DNA of 64,000 nt, from assembly GCA_001179505.1 (NCBI GenBank), contig CDMY01000243.1, positions 496,001 to 560,000 on the forward strand. Reading direction: 5' to 3'. The position numbers and the translations under genes are program-made. The notes below the pieces were generated by a model. The model was not told the DNA's origin and did not search any database. It saw nothing but the letters and a program-made list of their open reading frames with translations. Source of the stretch: Vitrella brassicaformis CCMP3155 (taxonomy: Eukaryota; Protista; Chromerida). Positions 61,201-64,000 of this stretch are shown here, one piece after another; the first letter of the stretch is position 1, and each line of letters opens with the position of its first letter.

Positions 61201-64000
61201 TGAGGGCATCAATCTGGGCGTCCACCGTGCATTGCGTGACGGCGAGCTGACGGTGCCTCTGCCAGATGACGTGGACACTCAGACGATACTGGCGTTCAGC
61301 CTCAAAGACCTCAACATCACCAACAAGACCGCATTCCAAACAGATGAGGTCAGCTGCCCGCGGGCCAACCTACAGGCAGACACACACATACACATACAGT
61401 GTCTCACCTATCTGCCTGACTGTCTGTCTCTTTGTTTGTTTGTTGGTTGGTTGGTTGGTTTGCTTGTTTGTTTGTTTGTTTGTTTCTTCGTTTATGTGTG
61501 TGTGTGTGTGTGTGTCTCTCTGTCGACGCAGTACGATGTGTGGCGGTCAGAGACAGCAGCCGAGACGGAGCGTGTAGCGGTGTTGCGTCACGAGGACATC
61601 AAGGCAGGCCACGACTACGACACCACTATGCTCTTCAAGCCAGGCAGCGCCTCGCCTGAGATGGGTGCTAACGGCACCGCCAATGTGACAGCGACGCAGG
61701 ACGGCGAGCTGACGATGCTGTGGTCGTCCAACATTTCGCCGGACAGCGTCGTCGGCTTCAACTTGAGCCGCAAGGCTGATGGTGCTGCCGCGGAGGAGTT
61801 CCCCTGCTATGATGTAGGTGACGCCTGATCGCCAGCCAGCCAGCCAACAGTGGGGTGTGTGTGTCTCTTTCAATATGAGTTTTTTGAGATGGACGACATG
61901 TTGATGGTGACGATCAAGCATCCCAGCATCGAGGCCTACACTGCATACAGAGTGGAGATACTGGAAAAGGAGGTGGACCTGGGAACCGTTACCAGCGAAG
62001 TGATGGCGGGCATCATCAAGAAGGAGGTGCCACCCTGGGTGGACTCTAGCCTCATCGTAGGCTTCAACATCACAGCCGTCGTGGGCAAAGCAAACTTCAT
62101 GGCCGCAATGGTACGTGGGTGTATACATACAGGCACATATACGCACGGCAGTACGTCTCTGCGTGTTTCTCGCTGTCTCTCTTCGTTCCATGTCTGCAGT
62201 TCACCTTTGTCGATGAAAACGGCACTCGATGGGCTCATCTGCTGGACAGTCGCATCAAGGCCAACACCGACTATCGGGTCTCGGTGGTCCGCAAACTAGT
62301 ACACGAACTGGTGCCGCCCATGGAGCACGACCGTGATGCCGAGAAGAAAGCCGAGGAGCTCTTGAAGAACCTGTCGGATACGGTCAAGGACGAGCTGGGT
62401 GGTGGTGAAGAGGCCAGGGACGTGCTTGAGGAGGAAATTCCCAAGCAGCCGGAAGGAGTGCTGAGGGCGCTGCTGCCGCCCCACGTCAACCCGAAAAGCA
62501 TTAAAGCCATCCTGCTCACACCGACTGATGAAGGGGAAGGCGCCGAGACGATCCGTGTCGTCCCTGTACGCATTCATTCATGCATGCCAAATGCGCTGAT
62601 CCAACAATTGCACCAATCCGTTTTGTATGTGTGTGTCCCTCAGACGTCATTCGAGGTAACACTCGACGGCAAGACATACGTCATCCTCCACGACGAGCGG
62701 CTGGACGCCGACGGCAGCTACACCGCGCGGATCATATACAAGACAGAGGAAGAGGAGAATAAGGAGGCCCTCAATGAAGTGCTCGGGCAGCCCATGGTCC
62801 CCGCTGAGAACGGTGTCGTCCGCATCACATTGCCTCCCCACTTCGATGTCAAGCGAATCGTCGCTGTGGGCCTCGATCCCGAGAGCCTGGACCCATCATT
62901 CAACGCCACAAAGGTGCGACATGATACATCTGACACAGCAGCGGAGGCAAGACATTGCCTTTATTGGTTTGCAGATGAATACAACGAGAGAGAGTTTTGA
63001 GCTTCTCCTTCTGCTGGAGCAAGGCCGTGGGCACCGCACGTCGAAGGCCACAGTGGCGCCAGTGGTGCTGGTCCTGGAAGACCCGCGCATCTTCAAGGGC
63101 ACGAAATACAAGGCCACGCCATACCTCACCGCAATCCCCCTCCTGCGAGAGCCAGACCACCGTCCACGGCCGAAAAAGCCCACGGGCCCCATCGAGTACA
63201 GGGACGAGTTGGCGTCGAAGGCTGTGGGTCAGGACGGCAAGCTGGTGGTGGCCAAGAAGCCTTTGCTTAAGGGCAGGGAGGAGGAGATTGTGGAGTGGGA
63301 GGTGGTGGAGCTGGACGCGGGTGACGTGCCGGTGGTGATGCAGCTGCTGATGGTCAAGGACTTCACCTACAACAAGGAGGAGTTCACCCTTTTCCACCCG
63401 CGCATCAAGAGTGGCCAGTCATACCGGGCGCTGCCCGGCCTGCCGCTCACGGTGGTCACTGACCTGGGGCTGCACAGCATCAGCGGCACCAACGACACCA
63501 GGATACGTTTGCCGCCCAACCTGCACGTCACGCCACCAGAGGACTTCAAGCACGTGACTGTCATCCCGTCCGAGCCCGGCATCGACCCATCCATCATGCA
63601 CAATGACAGCGTAAGAACACAAATACTTGAGGCAGTGGCAGTGGCAGTGGCAGAAGACAGAGACAAGACTCGGCTGAACTCTCGGTGTGATTTGTTGCCC
63701 TTTGCCTGTGTGTGCAGTTCTATAAGGCTTTGTGGGATCTACTGATCCGGCCTGGTGTGGTGCCTGAAGGTGAGTATCGCGTGCTGGTGGACAGCATTCC
63801 GCCACTGCCGCCACTGAAGGAGAAGGCCCCAGTCGAGATCCCGCCCTTCTGCCGCACCCTCATCACACACATCATATGTAGGCGTGGATGCGAAGGGACA
63901 GCGAGATGCGAGATATGGGGGATTTTGGTGTTTCTGCTAATGACGCGTGTAACTCTCATTCATTTAGGTGTGGGTCGTCCGGACATGACGCCTGGCAAGT
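55214..64000 (+). CDS. Very large secreted/surface multidomain protein: LamG/ConA-like, 7 Sushi (CCP/SCR), LamG/ConA-like, then at least 7 FN3-like repeats; continues beyond window
   Basis: N-terminus MVASFSHRKKRRRRVSLLAIVLGLFFTATHGA (basic + hydrophobic). GLVGVYSA...SWNDLRG...LFF and LRSLLLYERALSGREI are LamG-like. There are seven C..P...C...C...W...P.C modules at 57365-59432. A second unit reads NLRGVYVAD...VHFHGDQY...LYLGG...VRLFAVFDRPF. Repeats of type I.AG..Y.V follow. In-phase GT-AG introns were traced throughout. Confidence 0.85.
57365..59432 (+). other. Array of 7 Sushi/CCP domains
   Basis: Examples: VDCGVPPTPVNG...FKC...CMDDGRW...LPKC; CPEPPD...VTFECDTNWVLYGHSTLDCLEDGSYSGKLPVC; SCPAPPGVNG...CRDDGGWEGTPPQC. 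Confidence 0.85.

Noticed and set aside
61865-61890. Non-canonical AA acceptor (CTTTCAA) in the FN3-like region
   Set aside because: In-frame canonical AG acceptors exist at 61878-61879 and 61887-61888, so no unusual site is needed.
1-64000. CRISPR array, rRNA, tRNA or prokaryotic defence/operon system
   Set aside because: All repeats are simple microsatellites or telomeric heptamers with no repeat-spacer periodicity. Genes are intron-rich and eukaryotic. No RNA-gene signature was recognised by eye; tRNAscan or Infernal would be needed to exclude one.

Overview
Intron-dense, GC-rich eukaryotic nuclear DNA. The organism is probably a chromerid alveolate such as Vitrella brassicaformis; this is inferred from short microsatellite-filled introns, TTTAGGG repeats, a flagellar dynein, bipartite plastid-targeting leaders and a gene family I recall from Vitrella. 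Splicing by hand gives, left to right: the 3' part of an NCLX/CCX-type cation/Ca2+ exchanger (+); a telomere-repeat palindrome; a TALE homeobox gene (-) head-to-head with a probably plastid-targeted small heat-shock protein (+); a weak hypothetical gene; an outer-arm beta-type dynein heavy chain with about 55 exons (-, 8746-26504); a bacterial-type YeeE/YedE sulfur-compound transporter with large insertions (+); a putative nuclear protein (-); a C2-domain membrane protein (+); a small secreted Cys-rich protein (+); a 5'-truncated CRE-like non-LTR retrotransposon spanning a gap; a FAS1+EGF secreted protein (+); YJU2 (-); a TBC Rab-GAP (+); a hypothetical gene; a probably frameshifted member of an expanded family (-); and a very large LamG-like/Sushi x7/LamG-like/FN3-like-repeat surface protein (+) that runs off the window. 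No rRNA, tRNA or CRISPR array was recognised. The most systematic unexplained pattern is that introns carry AC/GACA repeats near the 5' splice site and complementary GT/CTGT repeats near the 3' splice site, which suggests structure-assisted splicing. Exon boundaries were read manually and have no RNA support.
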